Assembly (NCBI GenBank): GCA_034505495.1
Contig: JAPDQV010000009.1
Coordinates: 39,496-103,495, forward strand
Direction: 5' to 3'
Source: Candidatus Zhuqueibacterota bacterium
Lineage (GTDB): Bacteria; Zhuqueibacterota; Zhuqueibacteria; Residuimicrobiales; Krinioviventaceae
Length of the DNA stretch: 64,000 nucleotides
This document shows, in pieces, positions 37,739 to 47,343 of this stretch (positions are counted from its first letter, which is position 1; each line of letters opens with the position of its first letter). The notes below the pieces were generated by a model. The model did no database searches. It saw only the letters and a program-made list of their open reading frames with translations, and was not told the origin of the DNA. The translations under genes and the position numbers were made by a program.

Positions 37739-39652
37739 TCAGTCTTCCTCCCCCGTTTTTGATTCGTTATTCCCTGTAGTCATTGATAGGCGTAACTGTT
37801 GGAGATCTTTGAATTCCTTGCTTGCCGGAATCAGCCGGCTCAGCTCTTTGAGCCATCGATCGCCGGAAGGGATGTCGCCGAGATTGTAATAGCCGCGGCA
37901 GGCGTTATAGATCGCTTGTGCATCATGCGGATTACGTTTGAGAGATTCTTCCAGAAAATTGAGTCCCCGCCGCGTTTCGCCCGTAACCAACAGAATTTGT
38001 CCAATCCATTTATAAACGTAGGCCGAGTCCTGATAATGCAAGGCGTCGAACAAGACGGCAAGAGCCAACGAATAAGCTTTTTGTTGGACAAGCAGATCGA
38101 TCATCGGCTCATAAAAAAGATCAAGGTAAGGAACGATAAAAGTCAAGGCGCGATATTCGCGGAAGGCTTTGTCGTATTGACCGGCGTCTTGGAACTCTTT
38201 GGCGAGAATCAGATGCGCCTGCTCGAGCGTAAGATCGTTCCCCTGGAGAACTCGAACGATCAGCTCTTCTTCTCTTGTCTTGGGCTTGAATTCGGCAAAA
38301 AAGCGGTTCGGCTGCTCGATCGGCCGAAACGGCCAGCCGCTTTTTAGATGAGCGATCGTCAGCGCGGCATAGACGCTGTCCAGCGGCGTGCAGCCCCAAT
38401 TTTTCCGGTACCAGGCCGGCGAGTGCAGCGGCTTCGAAGGAGTATCGAGCAGTTGTCGGCGAAAAATTTCCTGCAAAAACGCCTCGGCCATTAAAAAATA
38501 GCCGTCAATATTGGGGTGGAGGTGTTCCGTGATCAGCGTCGCCCCGATTAATCCGTGCGGCGAATGCGCGGCAAAGATTTTTTTCATCGGCACGATCGGC
38601 ACGCGATGCCGATCAGCCAGCCGGTGGAGGATGGCATTGAACTCTTCCGGCGCACGAAAACGCAGGGCATCCAAGTCTTTGGCGCGCTCGTAAAGGGAAG
38701 CCGCTTGAGCGTATTCACCGCGCTGCTCCGCCTCCTGCGCCTGAAGATAGACCTCGGCGGCGCATTCTTCGCTCCCGGAAACCGATAAAAAAGGCGGCTG
38801 GTCGCGAAGATTGCTCACCAATTCGCTGAGAATAACGGGAACGCCGGATTTTTCGGCCTTGCGTAGGATTGCCTCCATATTGCGCTCGAATTGAACGCAG
38901 CCTGCAAGGTAGCGCCGACTGCCCAACGGAATTTCCGGCTCTTTTACGATGCGCGACATGACGGTTTCGAAGGAGGCCTCTGAATTGTTTGCAACTGCCG
39001 TCCTTCGCAGACGATGGATACCTTTGCGGATCAGTCGATAAAGACGCAATCGCCTTAGTTTAAGAGAGGCTGTCTTGAGCACGCGGCTGTCGCCGAAAGA
39101 TTCGACGGAAGCCGCGCCGAGAGCGCCGTAATACTCATTATGGCCTGCGTAGATCAGGAGCAAATCCGGTTTTTGGCGCAGGATTTCTTCCATAAAGTCA
39201 AGCAGCGCATAGCTGTTGATCGCCGTCATGGCGGTATTGACGACTTCGATCTTTCGTTCCGGATAGGCATCCTGCAGTCGACGATGGAGAATGCGGGGAA
39301 AGGTAATGTTGTTGCCGTACGGAAAGCCGGCAGTGGTGGAACCTCCGAGCACGAAAATACGAAAAGCGCCCGCCGGCTTTTTTTTGAGAAACAAATCTTT
39401 TCGCGGCGTCGGTAAAAAGTCGAGGCGGCTAAAATACCTTTGCCCGATTTGCGGGTTGATGCCGTAATAGGGCGACGACTTGTACGGAAGTGTGATGAAA
39501 AGATTATCGTCAAGCTGAGGGATGAAAAAGAGAAGGCCTTCGAGCAGAGCGATCAGCAGTGCGGGTAAGGCAAAAATTGCGGCTGTAAATAAGTAGCGTT
39601 TAAAATTGGTGTTACCGAGGGATATTTTCTTTGTCGACAATTTTAACTGCAA
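37739..39652 (-). CDS. Membrane-anchored SGNH/GDSL-like hydrolase domain protein with C-terminal TPR repeats
   Basis: N-terminal TM helix. FVLGGSTTAGFPYGNN (block I-like), YAGHNEY (block III G-x-N-D-like), EHLHPNIDGY (block V-like). TPR-like C-terminus. TTG start. Confidence 0.5.
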   Translation of the reverse strand: MQLKLSTKKISLGNTNFKRYLFTAAIFALPALLIALLEGLLFFIPQLDDNLFITLPYKSSPYYGINPQIGQRYFSRLDFLPTPRKDLFLKKKPAGAFRIFVLGGSTTAGFPYGNNITFPRILHRRLQDAYPERKIEVVNTAMTAINSYALLDFMEEILRQKPDLLLIYAGHNEYYGALGAASVESFGDSRVLKTASLKLRRLRLYRLIRKGIHRLRRTAVANNSEASFETVMSRIVKEPEIPLGSRRYLAGCVQFERNMEAILRKAEKSGVPVILSELVSNLRDQPPFLSVSGSEECAAEVYLQAQEAEQRGEYAQAASLYERAKDLDALRFRAPEEFNAILHRLADRHRVPIVPMKKIFAAHSPHGLIGATLITEHLHPNIDGYFLMAEAFLQEIFRRQLLDTPSKPLHSPAWYRKNWGCTPLDSVYAALTIAHLKSGWPFRPIEQPNRFFAEFKPKTREEELIVRVLQGNDLTLEQAHLILAKEFQDAGQYDKAFREYRALTFIVPYLDLFYEPMIDLLVQQKAYSLALAVLFDALHYQDSAYVYKWIGQILLVTGETRRGLNFLEESLKRNPHDAQAIYNACRGYYNLGDIPSGDRWLKELSRLIPASKEFKDLQQLRLSMTTGNNESKTGEED

Positions 39653-39949
39653 GAGTAGCCGCTCTCTCTATGCTGTATTATTAACATCTTTTACGCTAAA
39701 GTCGCGATGATTTGTTTAACGGTGTTAGGTTTTCGTCAAGATTTACCTTTGGGGTTTTTAACGAAAAACTCAATCTTTCGTATCGTTAACCTTTTTGAAA
39801 TATTTATATGCGTTTAATTTATTCATTAAAATAGCTGATGGGGGCGGAAAAATCAATTACTTTTTAAGAACGAGAATTGGGATTTTTCGCTTTGAGAATT
39901 AACTTGTTACAGTTAGCAGGTTTTTGGGCGAGTGTCAACAAGATTTCGA

Positions 39950-39988
39950 ATAAAAAAATAAAGCCGGCCGAGGAGGGACTCGACCGGC
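39950..39988 (-). terminator. Rho-independent terminator downstream of the CBM9-like T9SS cargo gene
   Basis: Minus-strand hairpin GCCGGTCGAG-TCCCTC-CTCGGCCGGC (9 of 10 bp paired) followed by TTTATTTTTTTATT. Confidence 0.55.
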
Positions 39989-39998
39989 TTGTAGAGGT

Positions 39999-41105
39999 TT
40001 ACTTGATCAGCATCATCTTCTTGGTCAAGATCTGGGAACCGTTGTTGATACGGTAGAGATAAATGCCGTTGGGCAGCTCGCCGGCATTAAAGACAACCGA
40101 ATAGCTCCCCGGAGCCTTCATCTCATTGACGAGCGTGGCCACTTCGGTTCCGCGCAGATCATAGACCTTTACCGTCACCCACGCCTGCTGCGGCAACGAG
40201 TACTCGATAGTGGTCGAGGGATTGAACGGGTTGGGATAGTTCTGTTTAAGCTCGTACTTGACCGGTTTGAGCAGTTCCGCAACTTTGGTCCCGGTGGGAC
40301 GATAGTCAATGCTGTTGGTATCGATGCCGGTGATGCTGTTCATGGTCGACATGTTGAACTTGTGATCTTCCAAGAACGTCATCGTACCGTGATAATTTAC
40401 ATTATTCCAAACAGCATCCCGCATATGCGAAGCCCATTCGATCGAGCCGTAGCGGCCGCCGGTGCCGTCGTTTTCATGGTTCATGATTGCCATGCCGAAG
40501 ATATTGCCGACACCCGGCTGAACGGGACCGCGATTGTCCTGCGAGTAATAGATATGCTCCCAAGGTAGGCGGCCTTCGACGTTGTAGCCCAATGGAGTCT
40601 CCTTACGGGCATAATCTTCACCGGGCACATATCGAAAGCCGGCGATGTTCGAATTGCCTTCGGGATACATATTGTCGACACCCGAAAGCGGTCCGGTCGC
40701 CTCGGTGCTGTCGAAAGCCGTCAAGCGGATTGCAAAGACGCCGCTGCCGGATTTCGGCGGGCCCATCAAGGGATCCGGATCGAATTTGATCTCCAAGCAG
40801 TCGTTCGCCCAGTTCGTACCGTTGTCGCAAACGACATAATCGTCCCATACTTCTTCGTAGAAATAAAAGTAGGTGTCATCCCAAGCGCACCAAAAATTAG
40901 CGGACAGGTCGTATTCATCGTCGTGCTGCCCCCAGCCGCTGTTGTCGTTGTTTGCCGTATACGGAATATGGATCCAGCCGTTCTCCGGTCCCGTAAGAGT
41001 ATTGTACCATTCATCCCGCTCCGCATCGATCTTGATGCTGAAATCAACGGCATACAGTCCGCTGCCGATAATCAAAAGCAGACTAAGTAGTAGAATTTTT
41101 TTCAT
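39999..41105 (-). CDS. Secreted protein with a CBM9/DOMON-like carbohydrate-binding domain and a T9SS C-terminal sorting domain
   Basis: ATG 41105 with GGAGA Shine-Dalgarno; the ORF track starts at TTG 41126. Signal peptide MKKILLLSLLLIIGSGLYA. IDAERDEWYNTL...YDLSANFWCAWDDTYFYFYEEVWDDYVV resembles CBM9. C-terminal KQNYPNPFNPSTTIEYSLP...GIYLYRINNGSQILTKKMMLIK matches the T9SS sorting domain. Confidence 0.55.
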   Translation of the reverse strand: MKKILLLSLLLIIGSGLYAVDFSIKIDAERDEWYNTLTGPENGWIHIPYTANNDNSGWGQHDDEYDLSANFWCAWDDTYFYFYEEVWDDYVVCDNGTNWANDCLEIKFDPDPLMGPPKSGSGVFAIRLTAFDSTEATGPLSGVDNMYPEGNSNIAGFRYVPGEDYARKETPLGYNVEGRLPWEHIYYSQDNRGPVQPGVGNIFGMAIMNHENDGTGGRYGSIEWASHMRDAVWNNVNYHGTMTFLEDHKFNMSTMNSITGIDTNSIDYRPTGTKVAELLKPVKYELKQNYPNPFNPSTTIEYSLPQQAWVTVKVYDLRGTEVATLVNEMKAPGSYSVVFNAGELPNGIYLYRINNGSQILTKKMMLIK

Positions 41106-41654
41106 GTTACATCTCCTCTGCGCCAATTCCCAAATGCTCCAGTGATCAAAATTTTTTCTGTCGCTCTCGAAATTGCCGGAGCTTTTTCTAAGGAAATTTT
41201 CGCGGCATGTTCATCGCCTCTTCCTCCTCTCTTTTGTTGTTTTATCCCCCCTATTCCCTAAACCGACCGAAGCAAAATTAACAATTATATAGTAAAAATC
41301 AACCTCTTTTTTACATCATGTTATATTCCTCTGACATTGCCTAATCTTTAACGGGTTGCCTGCGGTTTCGCCTATTTCGCATATTGAGGAAGCATTATGT
41401 TGACATTCGCACTTTTCTGCGAAAGGCTTTTCAATACAAGGAAATCAATCCATACAGTCAGGGGCACGCTTCCTGTATACAACTTGGGGAAATTGATTTT
41501 CAGGTGTGTCATGTTGAAAGCAAAGCCTGCGCGGGGCGGCGCCTTGAGCATTTAAATTGCGGAACTGCCGCCCCACCTCGCGGGCGAGTGCAAATTCTTC
41601 GGAAATTCTTCAGCTTATCTAATTTTCTATTGAGAGAAAAGATAAATGAAGCAA

Positions 41655-41711
41655 AGCGGCAGGGTTCTCACTTGCCTGGTTTATATACCTGCCTTCGACC
41701 TGCCGCTTTTT
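41655..41711 (+). terminator. Terminator-like GC-rich hairpin with a T-run inside the long intergenic region (possible end of a plus-strand non-coding transcript)
   Basis: AGCGGCAGG-(35 nt)-CCTGCCGCT followed by TTTTT. The 35-nt loop carries secondary palindromes (GGTTTATATACC). Confidence 0.3.
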
Positions 41712-41888
41712 GGATATTGTGGAGCGATAATCCCCAGAACCCCTCGCTAATAGGGTGCTTTATATTAAAACTACTATAGCGATCATGCAATGACAGCGGG
41801 CTATCTCAAACTGTGCGTTTTTAGAGCATAAGCAACAGCGGCGTTTAACGCATTATTTACCGGCTGGTTGTCTTGGGAAGTAGTTTGA

Positions 41889-42914
41889 TTATTTCCCAGC
41901 CTTTATCTCGTCCCAAACGCGCGTATATTTCTGATTTTCAATGCCGAGATCGCGGATAACTTCGAAACGTGAAACGATTTCTGCAGGCGGAAAGAGAATC
42001 GGATCACTGCGGAGTTCTTCCGGCAAAAGCTCATAGGCAGGCTTATTCGGGAACAGATAAGAGGTAAAGCGAATATTCGCTGCGGCAACTTCCGGGCGCA
42101 GCATAAAATTGATGAATTTGTGCGCCAGATCGGGATTCGGAGCGCTCTTGGGGATGACCATCTCGTCCATGGAGACCGAACCGCCTTCTTTCGGCAGCAT
42201 GAAAACAATATTTTCATTCTCTTGGGAAACCTGCAGGATATCTCCGCTGTAGCCGTGTACAAGATAAAACTCTTCGGAAACAAGGCCGGTTTTATATTGC
42301 TCATTTTCGAATTTGGCAATATTCTTTTTCCACTGCAGCACCAAATCTTTTGCCTGCGCAAGCTGGCGTTCGTCCGTCGTGTTTAGGCTGTACCCCAAGG
42401 CCTTGAGTGCAGCGCCGATGGTCTCCCGCATATCGTTCAGCAGCGTCATACGACCGGCTAAATCGCTGCGCTCAAATACGCGCCAGCTCGGCTCCTTTAT
42501 TTCGACTTTATCTTTCAAATAGGCAATGCCGGTAAAGGTCACCGCCCACGGCACGCTGTAGGTCATCGCCGGATCGAGCATGATATCGACATAAGACGAA
42601 TCGACGTTCTTTAGGTTGGAAATTTTGTTGTGATCGAGCGGCATCAGCATGTCCTGCTGAATCATAATGTTGACCATATAACTGGACGGAACGATCACGT
42701 CATAACCGACTGCGCCCGCCTTGAGCTTGGCGTACATCGACTCGTTCGAGTCAAAGGTGTCTTCGATGACCCGGCAGTCATATTCTTCTTCGAATTGGGC
42801 GATCATTTCCGGATCCACATAATCAGCCCAATTGTAGAAATGCAGCACCGGTTTCTTTTCGGCACAACTCAGAACCAATGCGGCTAGTATTATAAGAGAA
42901 ATCAACTGTTTCAT
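41889..42914 (-). CDS. potD: Spermidine/putrescine ABC transporter periplasmic substrate-binding protein
   Basis: Signal peptide; NWADYVDPEMIAQFEEEYDCRV is a typical PotD/PotF N-terminus. GGAGGAG Shine-Dalgarno. Confidence 0.85.
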   Translation of the reverse strand: MKQLISLIILAALVLSCAEKKPVLHFYNWADYVDPEMIAQFEEEYDCRVIEDTFDSNESMYAKLKAGAVGYDVIVPSSYMVNIMIQQDMLMPLDHNKISNLKNVDSSYVDIMLDPAMTYSVPWAVTFTGIAYLKDKVEIKEPSWRVFERSDLAGRMTLLNDMRETIGAALKALGYSLNTTDERQLAQAKDLVLQWKKNIAKFENEQYKTGLVSEEFYLVHGYSGDILQVSQENENIVFMLPKEGGSVSMDEMVIPKSAPNPDLAHKFINFMLRPEVAAANIRFTSYLFPNKPAYELLPEELRSDPILFPPAEIVSRFEVIRDLGIENQKYTRVWDEIKAGK

Positions 42915-43684
42915 GATTTTTTCTCCTCCAATAGTCGTTGCGAAATCAAAATGAGAGAAAAGGTAAAGATCAGCATCAGTGTCGACAAGGCGTTGATGAT
43001 GGCCGGTGAGCCGTGCTTGATCATGCTGTAAATGCGGATCGGCAGGGTTGTGGAGCCGGCACCGGCGACGAAAAAGGAAATGACAAAATCATCGATGGAG
43101 AGCGTAAAAGCCAGCAATCCGCCGGCGGCGATGCCGGGGGCGAGCAGCGGCAGCATGACGCGACGGGCAGCCTGCCAGGCATCGGCGCCCAAATCCTGCG
43201 CCGCTTCGATCATCTGATAGTCGAAATCCTGCAGCCGCGAAAGTACAACCATCGCGACATAGCTGATGCAGAACGTTACATGTGCCAAAAAAATGGTCAC
43301 GAGCCCCAATTTTACCCCCAACGCGATAAAAAACAGCAGCAGACTCATGCCCATCAGGATGTCGGGAAAGACCAAAGGCGTATAGATTAGGGTTAGGTGT
43401 AGCCGCTGCAGTCGCGTATGATAGCGGTGCAGAGCCAGAGCGGCAAGCGTGCCCAAAACCATGGAAACGAGCGTGGCCGAAACGGCGACGATGAGCGTAT
43501 TCTGCAGCGCCCGCCAGATTTCATCATGATGAAAGAGCTGCACGTACCATTTAAAGGTAAAGCCCTTCCAATTGCCGCCGAAACGGGCAGCGTTAAAAGA
43601 GTTCAAAACCAAAATCAAGATCGGCAGGTAAAAAAAGACCAGGACGCCGATGGTGACCACGAGCGGAAAGCGGCTGCGCCTCAT
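42911..43684 (-). CDS. potC: Spermidine/putrescine ABC transporter permease
   Basis: Six-TM permease with an EAA-like loop (IEAAQDLGADAWQAARRVMLP). 4-nt overlaps with its neighbours. Confidence 0.85.
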   Translation of the reverse strand: MRRSRFPLVVTIGVLVFFYLPILILVLNSFNAARFGGNWKGFTFKWYVQLFHHDEIWRALQNTLIVAVSATLVSMVLGTLAALALHRYHTRLQRLHLTLIYTPLVFPDILMGMSLLLFFIALGVKLGLVTIFLAHVTFCISYVAMVVLSRLQDFDYQMIEAAQDLGADAWQAARRVMLPLLAPGIAAGGLLAFTLSIDDFVISFFVAGAGSTTLPIRIYSMIKHGSPAIINALSTLMLIFTFSLILISQRLLEEKKS

Positions 43685-44556
43685 ACACCCTCCGTAAAGA
43701 TCGAGACACGCCGTTTCTGACGTTGCTGTTGTATGAGTACCCCGATCATGGGTGCGAGGACCGCGAGGGTCAAGAGTGCGGACAGCCAGGCGGCATGCGG
43801 CAGGTTGCGGTCCACAAACGTTCGCTGGGCGATTTTATTGCCGATCATTTCACTGTTCGGGCCGCCGACGAGGTCAGGAATGACGTATGCGCCCAAGGCC
43901 GGGATAAACACCATCAGCACGGCGGTAAGGATGCCCTGACGAATTCCAGGGATAAAGATCGCGAAAAAGGCCTGCAGCGAACGAGCGCCGAGGTCGCGCG
44001 CGGCTTCCAGCAGACGAAAATCGAATTTTTCTGCAGCCGCATAGATCGGCAATATGGCAAAAGGCAGCGACGTGTAAACCATGACCAGCAGAACGGCGGA
44101 AGGGCGATAGAGCAAAGAAGCGTCCCTTTCTAAAAGATGTAAGGCGACGAGCACCCGCTTCAGCAACCCTTCGGGGTGAAAAAGCACCTTCCAGGCAAAG
44201 ATGCGAATGAGAAAGTTGGTCCAAAACGGAACGATGACAAGCAGGAGAAGCACCTGTCTGAGGCGATCATGCGCTCTGGCGATCGTGTAACCCGTCGGAA
44301 CGGCGAGGAAGATGCAAATAATGGTGGTCACGACGCTGATCCAGATCGTGCGCCAGATGACGCCGGGGTAATTCAGAGCGTGCCAGTTGCGTACCGTTTC
44401 GAGCGTCCAACCGGAGCCGACGCCGCCAGCCGGGTCCGCGGGCTTGAAGGCAATGGCAAAAACGATCAGCGTCGGGATGAAGAAGAGGACGCTCAGCCAA
44501 AGCAACGAGGGCAGCGTCAGCAGCCACTCCATGCGTCGTGAACGCATCGACGTCAT
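43681..44556 (-). CDS. potB: Spermidine/putrescine ABC transporter permease
   Basis: Permease with EAA loop (LEAARDLGARSLQAFFAIFIP). Operon position between potA and potC. Confidence 0.85.
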   Translation of the reverse strand: MTSMRSRRMEWLLTLPSLLWLSVLFFIPTLIVFAIAFKPADPAGGVGSGWTLETVRNWHALNYPGVIWRTIWISVVTTIICIFLAVPTGYTIARAHDRLRQVLLLLVIVPFWTNFLIRIFAWKVLFHPEGLLKRVLVALHLLERDASLLYRPSAVLLVMVYTSLPFAILPIYAAAEKFDFRLLEAARDLGARSLQAFFAIFIPGIRQGILTAVLMVFIPALGAYVIPDLVGGPNSEMIGNKIAQRTFVDRNLPHAAWLSALLTLAVLAPMIGVLIQQQRQKRRVSIFTEGV

Positions 44557-45752
44557 TCTTTGGCTCCCTTTTCAGAAGAATCATCTTCTTCCGGCAAAGA
44601 ATCGATGTCTTCGCCGACCTCTTCCGGCGGCAGCAGCATCAGATCCTCGTCCTCCTCGCGATACCGCTCGAGCATATAGCCGTCATCCGCCGACCAGGAA
44701 ATCCAGACCTCTTCCTTCCAACGGATCGGCTTTTCATCCAATAAAAAGCGGCTGTGCTGCTGAAAAATTTCCAGTCGATAGTCGCCGACGCGCACCCAAT
44801 AGCGCGTATGCGCACCGAGGTAGATAATGTCGTCGACCACGGCTTTCAGACGGTTGAGGTGGTTGCCGCTGTTGGGCGCCTCGCGGGAGATGCGGAATTT
44901 TTCCGGGCGCACGCTGAGGTACACGAGATCGCCGGGCTTCATCTTTTTATCGTTAAAGCAAACCACATCGCCCAAGCCGTCGATCGACAACAGACTGTAA
45001 TCGGGCTCCAAAACCTCCTTTACGCTGCCTTCAAAGAAATTGGTATCGCCGATAAAAGCGGCGACAAAACTGCTGCGCGGCGCCTCATAGATTTCAGCGG
45101 GCGTGCCGATCTGCTCGATGCAGCCCTCATTCATGACCGCAATGCGGTCACTAAGGCTCATGGCCTCGGATTGATCGTGCGTGACATAGAGAAACGTAAT
45201 GCCGACCTCATCGTGAATGAGATCGAGTTCCATCAGCATATGCTGGCGCAGCTTGAGGTCGAGAGCGGCCAGCGGTTCATCGAGAAGCAGCACCTGCGGC
45301 TTGTTGATGAGCGCGCGGGCAATGGCAACGCGCTGCTTCTGGCCGCCGCTGATTTGGCTCGGCTTCTTATACGCCTGATCTTCCATTTGGATCAGTGCCA
45401 AGAGCTTCTCGACTTCCTGTTCGATCTGCTTTTTCGGCAGGCGCTTGATCTTGAGGCCGAACGCAATGTTCTCCCACACCGTCAGATGCGGAAAGAGAGC
45501 ATAGTTTTGAAAAATGGTATTGACTTGACGTTTGTTGGGCGGGAGATCGGTAATGTCTTTGCCGTCGAGGTAAATGCGGCCTTTGTCGGGTCGTTCAAAG
45601 CCTGCCAACAATCGCAGGAGCGTCGTTTTGCCGCATCCGCTCGGCCCCAACAAGGCGTAAAATTCGCCCTTTTTGATGTCGAGAGTTACATTGTTGACCG
45701 CCACCAAAGAACCGAACCGCTTCGTCACCCCCTCGATCTGCAGAAACTCCAA
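44553..45752 (-). CDS. potA: Spermidine/putrescine ABC transporter ATP-binding protein with an acidic C-terminal tail
   Basis: Walker A GPSGCGKTT, signature ISGGQKQRVAIARAL, Walker B LLLDEP, TOBE-like C-terminal domain, then a ~35-aa Glu/Asp-rich tail. TTG start with GGAGG Shine-Dalgarno. Confidence 0.85.
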   Translation of the reverse strand: MEFLQIEGVTKRFGSLVAVNNVTLDIKKGEFYALLGPSGCGKTTLLRLLAGFERPDKGRIYLDGKDITDLPPNKRQVNTIFQNYALFPHLTVWENIAFGLKIKRLPKKQIEQEVEKLLALIQMEDQAYKKPSQISGGQKQRVAIARALINKPQVLLLDEPLAALDLKLRQHMLMELDLIHDEVGITFLYVTHDQSEAMSLSDRIAVMNEGCIEQIGTPAEIYEAPRSSFVAAFIGDTNFFEGSVKEVLEPDYSLLSIDGLGDVVCFNDKKMKPGDLVYLSVRPEKFRISREAPNSGNHLNRLKAVVDDIIYLGAHTRYWVRVGDYRLEIFQQHSRFLLDEKPIRWKEEVWISWSADDGYMLERYREEDEDLMLLPPEEVGEDIDSLPEEDDSSEKGAKE

Positions 45753-45948
45753 TGACGTTTCCCTCCTATCGGTTTAAAGAGGAAATGAAAAGCGCCGTCG
45801 GCCAAACAGAAATGCCCTGCAGCATTCTTGGGGCGTTCAATGCCGCAGAGCATCTCCAACAAAGCCATGCTTATCCGACAGAATTTCGCATGGCTAAATA
45901 TACAAATTTCCAATCAGCTTGGCAATAAGCAGTCCAGAAGGTGTGCTT

Positions 45949-47313
45949 CTATTTTTTTCCTGGACGCGCAAAATTTCGCGCCGCATCGTCGAGCAGCAGG
46001 ACCCAATCGTTGCCGCGTTTTTCATCAGAAGGCGGGTCAAAGGTCATTCGAGAATTTTTTTCAAATTTTCCGATGTAAATGCTTTTTCCAATGGCCGGGC
46101 TATACCACCAGCCCACAACTTGAGAGCCTTTCATCGGCTCGAGATCGAGCGTAAAGGTGCTGCCGTACGGCGTATAGACGACGAGAAAGCTGCCGTCCCT
46201 GGCCAACGCGGCGCGGCAAATCTTTTCAGGCTCGCTCGGCGCGTCGAGCAGCAGGTGCGAGGCAGGCTGCAAAAGCTGCCATGGCCGCGATTCAAAAAAG
46301 GCGCGCATGTAACCTGCTTGAAAGGCACCGGGATAGTCCAGCGCCTGGGTCCAGGGTGTGCGCGCCTGCGAGATAGGGCTGCGGCCGGGCAGCCACATCT
46401 GCCAGATGTTGTGATTGCCGTAGGTATGTCCGCAGGCGCCTTCAAGCATCGACCAGTAGCCGGCGCGGCGGCTGTCGAACTCGTCGAACCAGCCGTTATC
46501 TTTGTTCCAACCGACTGGATGATCTTCATAGTTGGGTTCGCCGTCCAAAACCGGTTTCGTCGGTTCGAGCCGATAGTCGTGAGCGGTCTTTAAATAATTG
46601 GGATTGTTCCACTCGCCGTGGCCGGACTGGAACATGTTGAAATCGAGCCATTCTTCGCTATGAAACCATTCTGAAGATGAATAGCCGCCCATGGGATGCA
46701 GGGTGATGAGTTGTGTGCCGGCGCAGCCTTCCTTAATGCCGCGGGCCATGGCACGTATGATCTCTTTGTGCGTTTCGTTGTCCGGTCTGCGGTCGCCGCC
46801 TAAAATCCAGATGATGTTTTTGCCTTTATAGCGGCGTCCGAGAAATTTGCCGTATGCAAAGGCATTTTCCGGCGTGAAAATTTCCGGACCTTGCCCCCAT
46901 TGTTTGTTCCATTTGTCGCCCCACGTCGGCAGCATGCCGATGAACAGTCCGAGCTTTTGCGCCTTGTCGACGATGTAATCGACATGCTGAAAATAGCGCG
47001 GATTGGGCTTGAGCGGGTCATCGTCGATCAAAGGCAGGTGCCCGTAGGCGTTGGGCGTGTGCAGTCCGTCCAGTTCGGCTAAAACGACGGCTTGAATAAC
47101 GGTAAATCCCTTGGCGGCGCGATTTTGCAGGTAAAGATCGGCTTCTTCACGCATTGTCCGATGGAATAGTTCCCATGCCGTATCGCCTAGATAGAAAAAA
47201 GGTTTGCCGTCGGCATAGACGATATGCCGGCGATCGGCGCTGATTTTGAGCGTCTTGGCCTGGAGCGAGCCCAGCCCCAAAAGCAAACAAAGCGCAAGGA
47301 TGTAATTTTTCAT
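45949..47313 (-). CDS. Secreted glycoside hydrolase, GH140-like (DUF4038 family)
   Basis: Signal peptide. VYADGKPFFYLGDTAWELFHR and a GHTYGNHNIWQMW region recall DUF4038/GH140 apiosidase-type enzymes. Family call from memory, moderate confidence. Confidence 0.5.
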   Translation of the reverse strand: MKNYILALCLLLGLGSLQAKTLKISADRRHIVYADGKPFFYLGDTAWELFHRTMREEADLYLQNRAAKGFTVIQAVVLAELDGLHTPNAYGHLPLIDDDPLKPNPRYFQHVDYIVDKAQKLGLFIGMLPTWGDKWNKQWGQGPEIFTPENAFAYGKFLGRRYKGKNIIWILGGDRRPDNETHKEIIRAMARGIKEGCAGTQLITLHPMGGYSSSEWFHSEEWLDFNMFQSGHGEWNNPNYLKTAHDYRLEPTKPVLDGEPNYEDHPVGWNKDNGWFDEFDSRRAGYWSMLEGACGHTYGNHNIWQMWLPGRSPISQARTPWTQALDYPGAFQAGYMRAFFESRPWQLLQPASHLLLDAPSEPEKICRAALARDGSFLVVYTPYGSTFTLDLEPMKGSQVVGWWYSPAIGKSIYIGKFEKNSRMTFDPPSDEKRGNDWVLLLDDAARNFARPGKK

Positions 47314-47343
47314 CAGGCCTCCTGGGATAAAAAGCTGAATTGT

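Noticed and set aside
41384-41779. 131-aa ORF (TTG start) in the long intergenic region
   Set aside because: Atypical Cys/His/Arg-rich composition with no Shine-Dalgarno site. It spans two strong RNA hairpins and a terminator-like element. More likely non-coding structured RNA, so it is reported as a finding rather than a CDS.
44754-45755. 333-aa plus-strand ORF
   Set aside because: Antisense to potA (Walker A, signature and Walker B on the minus strand).
45919-46593. 224-aa plus-strand ORF, and other shorter antisense ORFs across the GH140-like gene
   Set aside because: Shadow frames of a signal-peptide-bearing secreted hydrolase gene on the minus strand.
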